Positions 1 through 9,049 of a DNA stretch of 64,000 nt are shown one piece after another; positions within the stretch are counted from its first letter, which is position 1, and each line of letters begins with the position of its first letter. Under the pieces are notes generated by a model. That model was not told where the DNA came from. It did no database searches and saw only the letters and a program-made list of their open reading frames with translations. The stretch lies in assembly GCA_964444975.1 (NCBI GenBank), contig CAYUJD010000008.1, forward strand, positions 9,496 through 73,495. The letters run 5' to 3'. Position numbers and translations under genes: made by a program. The DNA comes from an uncultured Chitinophaga sp. GTDB taxonomy: Bacteria > Bacteroidota > Bacteroidia > Chitinophagales > Chitinophagaceae.

Positions 1-622
1 CTTCAAAGCGAACAATTTTTTTATCCTTTTTATTGTAAACAGCATATTTATATGCTACCGGAAAAATTTCACCTGATAAATCCAGCCGGCAAGTCCACCA
101 GTTTCCTTCTTTTACCAGTAATACGGGCTTTGTCATAGACCATTCGCCAAGTGATTTTGCGCTTCCGCCGATGCCGATACATTCATTTTTACCAAGCAGC
201 GGTGCTTTTACTTTAAAGATGTGAGTACAATCATTCTGCAGTTTTTCAAAGTGTTTTGCACCTGTATGTTTCAAAAGGATTTCACTAAAGGGAGCAGTGT
301 AAAAAGCATTTTCGTATTCGCCGGCATGGTTCCAGGTATCAATTACATGAATTTCACGGGTGCCATGCTGTGGCAAATGAACCACTCTGTCGTCGCCGGC
401 TTCAGGAATTATTTCCCCATCGGCATTGCGAAGGATATATTTATAATTGAATGAAGCGGCTTTGTTTTTGTTAATTTTAATGCTGGTCATCCAAAACTCA
501 TTGTTCAAATAAGTCATGGGTATGGCGTCTTTTATCAGGTCGGTTCCCAATTCACCATTATCGCTGATCCATAACGATTGGCCAAAAGAAGTAGTGAAAC
601 GCAAATAAAACTGTACTCTCAT
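1..622 (-). CDS. malQ: 4-alpha-glucanotransferase (GH77), N-terminal part only; the gene runs off the left edge
   Basis: Absent from the ORF track because the stop lies outside the window. Manual reverse translation from the ATG at 622-620 stays open to base 1: MRVQFYLRFTTSFGQSLWISDNGELG...KAPLLGKNECIGIGGSAKSLGEWS. This gives two tandem CBM20-like starch-binding modules, as at the N-terminus of Bacteroidota MalQ. The catalytic domain is not visible. Confidence 0.55.
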   Translation of the reverse strand, partial: MRVQFYLRFTTSFGQSLWISDNGELGTDLIKDAIPMTYLNNEFWMTSIKINKNKAASFNYKYILRNADGEIIPEAGDDRVVHLPQHGTREIHVIDTWNHAGEYENAFYTAPFSEILLKHTGAKHFEKLQNDCTHIFKVKAPLLGKNECIGIGGSAKSLGEWSMTKPVLLVKEGNWWTCRLDLSGEIFPVAYKYAVYNKKDKKIVRFE

Positions 623-776
623 AAGTTGGTCAGGTGCCCTGCGAAATATTCATCTGGCATAATAAGGATTCAAATGGGTGAGGTCTCCTTATTTTGCTGT
701 GTATTACAGACACATTGGAACGAAAATAGTAAAAAACTCAATTGGAAAAGCCGATTTTTAATCAGCCAATGAAATA

Positions 777-1346
777 ATGGCTATAAACCAATGCCTCATG
801 GGTAATTATCATTCAAAGTGGAACAGGCTATTTTATTTTTTTCTCGGGCTGTTTATTGCCGGCAGCTTTTCAATGAAATGGATAGAAAACGACCTGGTGT
901 ATAACGGCGATAAGATTTCCATTTTTGGCCTGGAACTTTTTTACAAACCGGAAAAAATAATGCTGATTTTCTCGGGCATTGATGATAAGGTAAAAACCAT
1001 TCTCGGTTATCACCTGAGCTTTGATTTTGTTTTTATGGCCGGTTGTTATCCCGGCATTGCATGTCTGTGCATGATGGCAGGGGAAAAAGTGAAAAATAAA
1101 AATGCAAAAATTTTTTTACGCCTGCTTGCCTGCTTTCCGTTGCTTGCCTGGGCATTTGATGTGGTGGAAAATTATTACCTGCTTAAATGGCTTGCCACCC
1201 CGGTTATCGGTCCTGAATTTGGTTTTTACCACGCTGTGGTTTACAGTAAATGGATACTTGCCCTTTCAGGGTTTTTCTTTGCGGCAGGATGGTTGCTTAT
1301 TATTTATTTAAAAAAGAAAACCCGCCATCCAAAATCTGCAATCTGA
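777..1346 (+). CDS. hypothetical polytopic membrane protein
   Basis: 189-aa ORF with several hydrophobic segments (FYFFLGLFIAGSF, FVFMAGCYPGIACLCMM, LLACFPLLAWAF, ILALSGFFFAAGWLLIIY). No family recognised. Confidence 0.5.
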   Translation: MAINQCLMGNYHSKWNRLFYFFLGLFIAGSFSMKWIENDLVYNGDKISIFGLELFYKPEKIMLIFSGIDDKVKTILGYHLSFDFVFMAGCYPGIACLCMMAGEKVKNKNAKIFLRLLACFPLLAWAFDVVENYYLLKWLATPVIGPEFGFYHAVVYSKWILALSGFFFAAGWLLIIYLKKKTRHPKSAI

Positions 1347-1363
1347 AATTGATTCCCCTTCCC

Positions 1364-1371
1364 TATTTTTG
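1364..1371 (+). promoter_or_regulatory. candidate Bacteroidota -7 promoter box (TATTTTTG matches TAnnTTTG)
   Basis: Exact match to TAnnTTTG, 16 nt upstream of the ATG at 1387. No properly spaced -33 TTTG was seen. Confidence 0.3.
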
Positions 1372-1386
1372 CAGCAAATCTTTACA

Positions 1387-1545
1387 ATGGAGCAGCAAAA
1401 AAACTCTACAACAGTCTGGTGGCTGATATTTATAGCTTCAGCAGCGGGCATGGGATATGCCATTTACAGTCATTGGGAATGGCTTACGCTGATACTGCCG
1501 TTCCTCACCACTTCATTTGTAAAAGCAACAAGGATAATCTGATTT
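1387..1545 (+). CDS. small hypothetical membrane protein (52 aa)
   Basis: Manual translation gives MEQQKNSTTVWWLIFIASAAGMGYAIYSHWEWLTLILPFLTTSFVKATRII. It has two hydrophobic stretches, follows the TATTTTTG box, and falls below the ORF-track size cutoff. Confidence 0.3.
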
Positions 1546-1607
1546 TCCCAGAAATGAATTATTTTCAAAAGCCATCCCGCACTCAGCGGGATGGCTTTCT
1601 CTTTTCA

Positions 1608-1853
1608 TCAGCTCATATTCCAGCGGCGCATCATGTCGCTGGCTGAACGGGCCTGCCTGTGGTGGCGCCACATTTCCTGAACGGTAAATGGCTTGCAGTT
1701 TTTTTCGTCAGAAGTTCCGGCCGTTTCTTTCTTTGCCTGGCCATGCTCCCGGTAATGACCGGGATGATTTTTGTTTTCTTCTTTTAATTGTTCACGTACG
1801 GGCATAACAATGCTCTTCATAAATCCTCCTTTATTTTGTCTGTCGGTTAACAA
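1608..1853 (-). CDS. hypothetical small basic protein (internal start at 1820 possible)
   Basis: 81-aa ORF with no recognisable family. It overlaps a spurious-looking plus-strand ORF, so support is weak. Confidence 0.2.
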   Translation of the reverse strand: MLTDRQNKGGFMKSIVMPVREQLKEENKNHPGHYREHGQAKKETAGTSDEKNCKPFTVQEMWRHHRQARSASDMMRRWNMS

Positions 1854-2155
1854 TCGTCTGAGCTCTTTGTGAAGTAAGAAAACCAGGGAAATTAAATAGG
1901 ACTGGTTAGGTTACGTTCTCTGAAGTATCGGGTACTTTGCTCAGTTTTGCGTTGCAAAGATATAGCGGCATCGCTTAGCAAACAAATGAAAGAAGCATGA
2001 TTTTGATAAACGGATGTTTGTGGCAGGCATTACATGATACAATACAATTGTTTGGACCGGGGTCATTTTTTTTTTAAAAAAAATTCATAAGTGAACCGGG
2101 TTACCTTCTTTAGATCCCGGTATACATTGTTTTTTCTGTATGATAAGTCGTAATC

Positions 2156-2191
2156 AAAAAAAAGGTTGCCGGATTTTCATTGGCGGCAACC
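2156..2191 (-). terminator. Rho-independent terminator downstream of the 2219-3394 gene
   Basis: On the minus strand, GGTTGCCG-N11-CGGCAACC (8-bp stem) is followed directly by a T8 run, about 25 nt after the stop codon. Confidence 0.6.
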
Positions 2192-2218
2192 AGGTTTATC
2201 TTCTCCTGCGGACATGCT

Positions 2219-3394
2219 TTAATACCTGATTTCATTCATTTTGGCAAGTTTCAAAATCACATTATTCAGGCGCTGTTTATAAGCTACATCAAAGCCCATA
2301 ATGCCTTCGGCCTCATTTCCGCTTTTGGTATTATTAAGATCGGTAATCAGCATCTGAATTTTCGAATCGTCTTTCACCGGCAGCCACATTACTTTCTTTT
2401 CCAGTATCTGGATATAGCTTTGATAAAAATCATTCTGGATAAGTACAAAGTCATTGGTGTACTTTTTAAACTGAACCACCAGGTCAAATACAGAATAAGC
2501 ATTAATGATAAGTTTTTTAATGGTTTCATCGGTATTTTTTATCTTGAAATCAAAATCTTTGTTTCCCATTTTATCGTATTCAAATAGTTTATTCACCTGG
2601 GCCGCCAGCACTACTTTGAAATCAATACCGGAATTTTCAATTTCCTGTTTCAGGGCATATAAATTTTCGATATAATCCTTATGTTGCACCCCGTGCTGGT
2701 AAATGGCATTTTGAAACCGGCTGTTCACTTTATCCAGTTCAGAATAAAATTCAATATAGGGTACCAGCACATTTTTAATTTTACCAAGCACCTCTTTGCC
2801 GACGGGATTCACTGATTCTATGCTCATTTCACCTTTCTTCTCCATCCGGGGCTTGAAAATGGTAAAAGAGGAAACCATCGAAAGCACGTTGGAAATAATA
2901 TTTAAGGGAGGAAAGGTCGTCTTGAGGTTATCAACAAGATTGCCAATAGAACCGGTTAAGCGTTGCTTATCGGGTTCGGGAATCGGTAAGGTTGTAATAT
3001 TTTCTTCAACGCTTTTGATAATGACATCCAGTAACTGAAATCCCAGCGCATTGCTGGAAGGGTTATTCATGTCAAGCACCAGCTTATAAAAAATATTCTG
3101 CGAACGGGCCGATTGTATCTGCAGCGTACCGGCATAAAGTTCCTGTATAATATCGAGCCCCCTGAGTATTAACTGGTAGTTCCTTAGAAACCTTCCTTTT
3201 TCAGTCTCCTCATCTTTAATTTTCAGGTTATTCACCGTTTCCTTCAGCGCCATAAGATCTTTGGTGAGTTCAACTGATATCGTATCAACTTCAAAATTCA
3301 GTTTTTGTTCTGATTCTACATTTCTGGGATCCTGTGCTGTTATATCTGTTAGTAACAGACCAAACAGAGTACAGAATAATAAAAAGTTTTTCAT
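2219..3394 (-). CDS. secreted hypothetical protein, predicted mostly helical
   Basis: 391-aa ORF with signal peptide MKNFLLFCTLFGLLLTDITAQ, K/E/N/L-rich and visibly AT-rich coding sequence. No domain recognised. Confidence 0.7.
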   Translation of the reverse strand: MKNFLLFCTLFGLLLTDITAQDPRNVESEQKLNFEVDTISVELTKDLMALKETVNNLKIKDEETEKGRFLRNYQLILRGLDIIQELYAGTLQIQSARSQNIFYKLVLDMNNPSSNALGFQLLDVIIKSVEENITTLPIPEPDKQRLTGSIGNLVDNLKTTFPPLNIISNVLSMVSSFTIFKPRMEKKGEMSIESVNPVGKEVLGKIKNVLVPYIEFYSELDKVNSRFQNAIYQHGVQHKDYIENLYALKQEIENSGIDFKVVLAAQVNKLFEYDKMGNKDFDFKIKNTDETIKKLIINAYSVFDLVVQFKKYTNDFVLIQNDFYQSYIQILEKKVMWLPVKDDSKIQMLITDLNNTKSGNEAEGIMGFDVAYKQRLNNVILKLAKMNEIRY

Positions 3395-3856
3395 TTTATT
3401 TTCGTTTTATTCCGGCTCTCCCGGATACGGTTAAAGTGTTTTTCATCAAAAAAATCATAATGGCTACCCGGCAGCAATCAGGCACCAGTGGTGGCGAATG
3501 GATAAACAGATCCGGCATATAACATTCAAGAAAAGAAACCCGCAGGTGATTAAGAATACCCACTATTACATTTTTGTGATTTTTTAGCCCCGGAATGATT
3601 TCAGCCCCTTTCGCAATTACACACATAAAAGATACACTGAAAGTGAAACAAAAACTTAATCACTTTCCTGGGTAGTTTATATGTTCATACGGTCAAAGCA
3701 GTACACAAAAATTTTTAAACTTTCCCTGCCTGGATGCTTAAACTTAGTTGTTCCTGCAATTGTAATTTTAGCCTACACCTCCCCTCACAGCACTGAAAAT
3801 AAATCCCGGTAATATTCCCGGTTTACAGCACATTATTTTCAGTTCCAGTTACTATT

Positions 3857-4294
3857 TCAATTTACCTCAACCTTGATAACACAGGTATCCAAAATCTCCG
3901 TTTCCCAAACTCTCTTATTTATCAGTGTCAGCGTTTCTTCCCCTTTATTTATTGCCTTAAAATGAAGAATCTGGTGACCCGGCAGCCCGGGCGTAGGTTG
4001 TTTCGTATCAGGTCTTATGAATTTTAAACTATCCGCATCAATAAGCTGCAAAAGCTGAGATGAGCCTTTAAGCAACCACTGATACCCGGAACCCGGTACT
4101 GCTTCCAGTTTTATTTCAACAATGGAACCGACTACTGTTTTAAAATTATCCTGGCATCCTTCAATTTTAAGAGTGTCAGCCAGGGGAATACTCTGATTGA
4201 TGGGAACTTTTTTGTTTTTATTATTGCAGGTAATAAATACAGCAATAACAAATAAACTGATAATACAATATCGTTCGGCTAAATAGGCACTCAT
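3857..4294 (-). CDS. chagasin-family cysteine-peptidase inhibitor (MEROPS I42 / ICP-like) lipoprotein
   Basis: 145 aa with a lipoprotein-type signal (FVIAVFITC). The three chagasin loop motifs are recognisable: AVPGSGYQW (NPTTGYxW-like), TPGLPGHQILHF (GxGG-like) and KRVWE (RPW-like). It starts 55 nt downstream of the C1 peptidase gene. Confidence 0.7.
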   Translation of the reverse strand: MSAYLAERYCIISLFVIAVFITCNNKNKKVPINQSIPLADTLKIEGCQDNFKTVVGSIVEIKLEAVPGSGYQWLLKGSSQLLQLIDADSLKFIRPDTKQPTPGLPGHQILHFKAINKGEETLTLINKRVWETEILDTCVIKVEVN

Positions 4295-4349
4295 AGCTTC
4301 AGGTTATCCATATTTACAATGTGACGACGAACATTTTATTTATCAGCAA

Positions 4350-5459
4350 TCAAGCGTATGGATGAACCCAATAATTGTAAAATCCTATGTTACAATTCCA
4401 GTAATTGACCCAGGCATAACCACCAAATCCCCATCCGGTACCCCATGAATTTTTAATTAGCCAGGCTTTATAAGGCTCATACCAGCCAATAATAATTACA
4501 GCGTGGTCAATATTATTTGCACCACCCTGGTTCGGATAGCCATTGTATACTCCGCCTGAATAACTATAGAATGTGCTGAGGCCTGCCCTCATATAAGTAG
4601 TCACTGCACCATAAATGGTGATGTAATACTTGATCCATTCAATCCGGTAGGTATTGTTCCAGTAAACCGATCCCCATGTGTAGGCTCTCTTATAAACACC
4701 CCTGTTTGTATAGGAAGGCCCGCTGGTAGCGGTATAAGGATACGAACCCTCACTGGCAACCCCGTGGCATTGCAGATAACTGATAGCACAGTCTGACCAG
4801 CCGCCACCACAACTACCGCAATCAGAGCTAGCGCAAAATACATTTTTTGAATTTGCCAATACATCTTGTTCTGATACATCAGGAGATGAACCATAAAAAT
4901 ACCGATACGTATGTTCGAAAGCGGCGCTGGCGGCAAATGCCCAGCAGCTGCCACAACCACCCTGGTTTCTTGTCGGTACTAATGCGTAAGTGGCCCAAAA
5001 GTAAGAATCAGTCCAGGATGCGCCTACACCTGTGGTAGAAGATCCTGGTTGCTTGTTACCACCTTTACCACCTGCATCAAAATTAGCACCTGAAACTTTT
5101 CTATCAGCCTGCAACTTATCGGATATCTCTTTCTCATTCTTTTTATTCTCTTCGTTTTGCTTATTTGCTTCCGTTTCAGTAGGCGCTCCGCTGCCTAGAC
5201 CCAATAAACTTTTCTTATCTTCCACATTATTCACATCCGGGTTGGCTGAAATATCAAATGATGCGTCTTTAATATTTTTAAATTCGGCATTAGCCTTATC
5301 AAATTCCTGTTTACCTTTTCCACTCAGCTTTTTTTCCTCCTGGTCTTTCTGTCCTTGTGTTTTTTTGCCCTTTGCACCATCTTCATTGGGTTTTCCTTGT
5401 GAAAATCCATAAAGACAAGCGAAGCTGATTAATATTATTAGAATTGATCTTAGTTTCAT
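4350..5459 (-). CDS. secreted papain-family (C1A) cysteine peptidase with a long low-complexity N-terminal region
   Basis: 369 aa with signal peptide MKLRSILIILISFACLYGFSQ. Catalytic motifs are NQGGCGSCWAFAA (Gln and Cys), IDHAVIIIGW (His) and IKNSWGTGWG (Asn). Confidence 0.9.
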   Translation of the reverse strand: MKLRSILIILISFACLYGFSQGKPNEDGAKGKKTQGQKDQEEKKLSGKGKQEFDKANAEFKNIKDASFDISANPDVNNVEDKKSLLGLGSGAPTETEANKQNEENKKNEKEISDKLQADRKVSGANFDAGGKGGNKQPGSSTTGVGASWTDSYFWATYALVPTRNQGGCGSCWAFAASAAFEHTYRYFYGSSPDVSEQDVLANSKNVFCASSDCGSCGGGWSDCAISYLQCHGVASEGSYPYTATSGPSYTNRGVYKRAYTWGSVYWNNTYRIEWIKYYITIYGAVTTYMRAGLSTFYSYSGGVYNGYPNQGGANNIDHAVIIIGWYEPYKAWLIKNSWGTGWGFGGYAWVNYWNCNIGFYNYWVHPYA

Positions 5460-6126
5460 ATAAATATTTTTAATTGGTTAAAAAAAACTCGAAACCTGAT
5501 ACGAAACAACGCTTCAGTAAAGATTGATACTGATTTTTGTTATTATTTGCCTGCTGCAGATCCGGGGATACTGGTCATTGCAGGCACAACTTGTCTGGTG
5601 GAAGCATACTTAACTGGTTTTAGAATTTTATTATTTCATTAATACCGAAACGAAACCAGGATTTTTTCGCTGACATTAAACTTTATACACTCTTCGACTG
5701 CAAATAGCAGAATAGAGCATTACTGCATTTTCTGCTTGTCAAAAAATGCTCCTGTGCTGCTAATCAGGTAGGCTTAATCTCTTTTTTCAACTTTTGCAGC
5801 CGGGAATAACACCTTTTAAAGTTTTTTCTTCCGAACTGCAATGTTTTACATGGTCATTTCCACCCGTTGGTTTGTTACAACTAATTTTTTTTAATCATGG
5901 GGAGAGGGTTATTCAGGTAGTAAGTAAAACGAAGTAGAACTTCACAGCATTTTAAAGGTAAGTCTATTTTAAAAACCACCAAAAAAAAGTTAATCTAACC
6001 ATGGGACTAACTAAAGTTATTTTTTTCGGAAAGTATAAAAAAATATATTTCTCCGAGATGGCATGAATACTGGTTCCGTAAAACGTATTTGAACATATTT
6101 AAAATGTCGCTGACATTTAAAAGCAG

Positions 6127-6157
6127 GAAAAAAGCCTCCACATTTTTGTGAAGGCTT
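6127..6157 (-). terminator. Rho-independent terminator of dnaK
   Basis: On the minus strand, AAGCCTTCAC-AAAAA-GTGGAGGCTT (one mismatch) is followed by a T6 run, about 30 nt after the dnaK stop. Confidence 0.6.
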
Positions 6158-6184
6158 TTATTATTTTTTATTTTATTCCGCTTC

Positions 6185-8095
6185 TTACTTCACTTCCTCA
6201 AATGGCACATCCTGCACATTTTCGGCTCCATCGCCACCAGTTTTTTGCTGCTTACCGCTATCGGCGTCGCCTGGCTGTTGTGCACCGGCCTGTTGCTGTG
6301 CATTGTAAATATCCTGGCTGGCAGCCGTCCACGCATTGTTCAGCTCAGTCATGCTGGTTTCAATGGCCGCTAGATCCTGCGCCTTATGTGCTTCCCTCAA
6401 CTTGCTGGCCGCAGTTTCGATGACCGTCTTTTTATCAGCCGGAATTTTTTCACCGTATTCCTTCAGTTGCTTTTCTGTCTGGAACACCAGGCTGTCGGCC
6501 ATGTTCAGCTTATCCACCTTTTCTTTGGCGGCTTTATCGGCGGCTTCGTTCATTTTTGCTTCGTTCTTCATCTTTTCAATCTCATCCTTGGTAAGACCGC
6601 TGCCGGCTTCAATGCGTATTTTCTGTTCTTTGCCTGTGCCTTTGTCTTTTGCCGTCACATGCAGTATGCCGTTGGCATCAATGTCGAAAATCACTTCAAT
6701 CTGCGGCACTCCTCTCGGTGCAGGTGGAATACCGTCGAGGTTAAAAATTCCGAGACTCTTGTTGTCTTTTGCCATACTGCGTTCGCCCTGCAACACATGA
6801 ATCTGCACACCGGGCTGGTTATCGCTGGCCGTTGAAAAAATCTCGGACTTTTTTGTCGGTATAGTCGTATTGCTGGGTATCAGCGTGGTCATCACCCCGC
6901 CCAGGGTTTCAATGCCGAGGCTAAGAGGTGTTACATCCAGCAACAGCACATCCTTCACTTCGCCGGTGAGTACGGCACCCTGGATGGCAGCGCCTACAGC
7001 CACCACTTCATCGGGATTCACTCCCTTATGTGGTTTTTTACCAAAAAATTTCTCTACCAACTCCTGCACTTTGGGTATGCGGGTGCTGCCACCCACCAGT
7101 ATCACTTCATCAATCTGCGATGTGCTCATGCCTGCATCTTTCAATGCCTGCTCACAGGGCTTCAGGCAGCGGTTAAACAGGTTGTCTGCCAACTGTTCAA
7201 ACTTTGCCCGGCTCAGTTTTTTCACCAGGTGCTTGGGCACGCCATCTACAGCTGTTATGTAAGGGAGATTAATTTCAGTTTCTGACGATGAGCTCAGCTC
7301 AATCTTTGCTTTTTCAGCAGCCTCCTTCAGGCGCTGCAGGGCCATCGGGTCTTTGCGCAGGTCAATGGCTTCATCCTTTTTAAATTCTTCGGCCAGCCAG
7401 TCCATCACCACTTTATCAAAGTCATCGCCGCCGAGGTGTGTATCGCCATTAGTACTCTTCACTTCAAACACACCTTCGCCCAGCTCAAGTATTGAAATAT
7501 CAAATGTGCCGCCACCAAGGTCGAAAACGGCAATTTTCTGATCATGCTTTCCTTTGTCAAGGCCATAAGCAAGCGCTGCAGCTGTAGGCTCGTTCACTAT
7601 ACGACGAACATTCAGCCCGGCTATCTCACCAGCTTCTTTCGTAGCCTGGCGCTGTGCATCGTTGAAGTAAGCGGGCACGGTAATCACGGCCTCATGCACC
7701 TCGTGGCCAAGATAATCTTCAGCCGTTTTTTTCATTTTTTGCAGCACCATAGCCGAAATTTCCTGCGGTGTATAATGCCGGCCTTCAATGTCAATTCGTA
7801 CGGTATTATTGTCACCTTTTACCACCTTATAGCTCCAGTGGGTCATTTCTTCGGTCACCTCATCGTGTCGGCGTCCCATAAAACGCTTTACACTCATGAT
7901 GGTGTTTTGCGGGTTGGTGATGGCCTGGCGCTTGGCGGGGTCACCCACTTTGCGTTCGCCATTTTTAAGAAAAGCCACTACAGATGGCGTAGTCCGCCGG
8001 CCTTCGTCATTCGCAATCACTACGGGTTCGCTGCCTTCCATTACTGCCACACAGCTATTGGTAGTGCCAAGGTCTATTCCTATAATCTTTGCCAT
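6185..8095 (-). CDS. dnaK: molecular chaperone DnaK (Hsp70)
   Basis: 636 aa with Hsp70 signatures [25 protein letters not shown] and [14 protein letters not shown]. Confidence 0.98.
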   Translation of the reverse strand: MAKIIGIDLGTTNSCVAVMEGSEPVVIANDEGRRTTPSVVAFLKNGERKVGDPAKRQAITNPQNTIMSVKRFMGRRHDEVTEEMTHWSYKVVKGDNNTVRIDIEGRHYTPQEISAMVLQKMKKTAEDYLGHEVHEAVITVPAYFNDAQRQATKEAGEIAGLNVRRIVNEPTAAALAYGLDKGKHDQKIAVFDLGGGTFDISILELGEGVFEVKSTNGDTHLGGDDFDKVVMDWLAEEFKKDEAIDLRKDPMALQRLKEAAEKAKIELSSSSETEINLPYITAVDGVPKHLVKKLSRAKFEQLADNLFNRCLKPCEQALKDAGMSTSQIDEVILVGGSTRIPKVQELVEKFFGKKPHKGVNPDEVVAVGAAIQGAVLTGEVKDVLLLDVTPLSLGIETLGGVMTTLIPSNTTIPTKKSEIFSTASDNQPGVQIHVLQGERSMAKDNKSLGIFNLDGIPPAPRGVPQIEVIFDIDANGILHVTAKDKGTGKEQKIRIEAGSGLTKDEIEKMKNEAKMNEAADKAAKEKVDKLNMADSLVFQTEKQLKEYGEKIPADKKTVIETAASKLREAHKAQDLAAIETSMTELNNAWTAASQDIYNAQQQAGAQQPGDADSGKQQKTGGDGAENVQDVPFEEVK

Positions 8096-8178
8096 ATAAA
8101 ATTGATTTTAAAGAGTTCAGTATTGATAGTCAATGATAGTGCCATCTGTGAGTTTAGTGCAAAATTGGCAGATAGTAA

Positions 8179-8327
8179 AAGTCATCTTAAAAGTAATTCC
8201 AGACCACAGATTTCACAGGTTAAGCAAACAGATTGCACCGCTTTTATTCTAAAATATGAGAAATCTGTGAAATAAAATTTGTGTAATCAGTGGTTAATTG
8301 GGGTTAAAGTGACTTTTGAGATAGCTT
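8179..8327 (+). repeat. 149-bp MITE-like / structured repeat, copy 1
   Basis: Near-identical to 10355-10503 (same orientation) and 43449-43597 (inverted). The termini AAGTCATCTYAAAAGT and ACTTTTGAGATAGCTT form imperfect terminal inverted repeats. Confidence 0.85.
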
Positions 8328-8520
8328 GTAGTTTTTGGTTTATAGTTTTTAGTTTGTCGTTAATATTCCTGACCAAATTTTTGATTGGTCCCCCGTCGGA
8401 CCGGGTCATCCGGCCAGGCTTTCTTTATTTAGCCTTCGGAAAATTCTTGATCACAACCGCTAAAGGGCAACAATAAAACCCCTGAAATGCCTAACTTCAA
8501 ACCACAACTATAATTAATAA

Positions 8521-8991
8521 ATGGAATGGCTATGGATTATACTCGGAATTATCTTATGTCTGGTAGCCATTGCCGGCAGCCTGCTGCCGCTGCTTCCGGG
8601 GCCACCCATAGCTTTTCTCGGTTTGCTGCTGCAGCAGTTGCGAAGCCCTTCGGCATTTGAAACCAGTTTTCTTTTATTGTTTGCCGGCCTGGTAGTTATT
8701 ACACTTGTGCTCGACTACCTGATACCCATCTGGGGCACCAAAAAATTTGGCGGCACCAAATATGGCGCATGGGGCTGTACGCTGGGTTTCCTGGCCGCCT
8801 TCTGGCTGGGGCCATGGGGTGTTATCATCGGGCCGTTTGCCGGCGCATTTATCGGCGAGATGTTGGCCAGCCAGGATTCAAAAAAATCATTAAAAGCTGC
8901 TTTTGGCTCCTTTGTGGGTTTTTTGATGGGTTCCTTTTTAAAATTAGTAGTCTGTTTCTTCATGCTTTTTTATATCATCAAAAGCATTTAG
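8521..8991 (+). CDS. DUF456 family membrane protein
   Basis: 156 aa. The pattern LLPLLPGPPIAFLG...WGTKKFGGTKYGAWG...GPFAGAFIGEML matches what I recall of the DUF456 consensus. Confidence 0.7.
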   Translation: MEWLWIILGIILCLVAIAGSLLPLLPGPPIAFLGLLLQQLRSPSAFETSFLLLFAGLVVITLVLDYLIPIWGTKKFGGTKYGAWGCTLGFLAAFWLGPWGVIIGPFAGAFIGEMLASQDSKKSLKAAFGSFVGFLMGSFLKLVVCFFMLFYIIKSI

Positions 8992-9049
8992 CAATTTTCG
9001 ATAAATGCCGCCAATTGCAGATATTTACTTTTGGAAAAAATGAACCGGT

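Noticed and set aside
3396-3626. 76-aa minus-strand ORF in the 460-bp gap between the inhibitor gene and the 391-aa secreted-protein gene
   Set aside because: No recognisable features, and it immediately abuts the start of the downstream gene. Composition is typical of non-coding AT-rich DNA.
5667-6122. Direct repeat TCGCTGACATT(T)AAA at 5667-5680 and 6107-6122, which might mark element boundaries
   Set aside because: The exact match is only about 11 nt in AT-rich DNA, with no inverted repeats or mobility gene between. It is compatible with chance.
8096-8180. CIRCE-type heat-shock operator upstream of dnaK (TTAGTGCA seen)
   Set aside because: Only a partial half-site is present, with no inverted partner at 9-nt spacing. 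It does not match TTAGCACTC-N9-GAGTGCTAA.
6336-8275. Several long plus-strand ORFs (e.g. 7544-8275 of 243 aa, 6336-6800, 6870-7262) overlapping dnaK
   Set aside because: They are antisense to an unambiguous Hsp70 gene. Their translations are low-complexity with no recognisable family. Long antisense ORFs are a known artefact of dnaK codon composition.
8279-8476. 65-aa ORF starting inside repeat copy 1
   Set aside because: Its start lies within a repeat present at three loci, and the other copies do not preserve an ORF.
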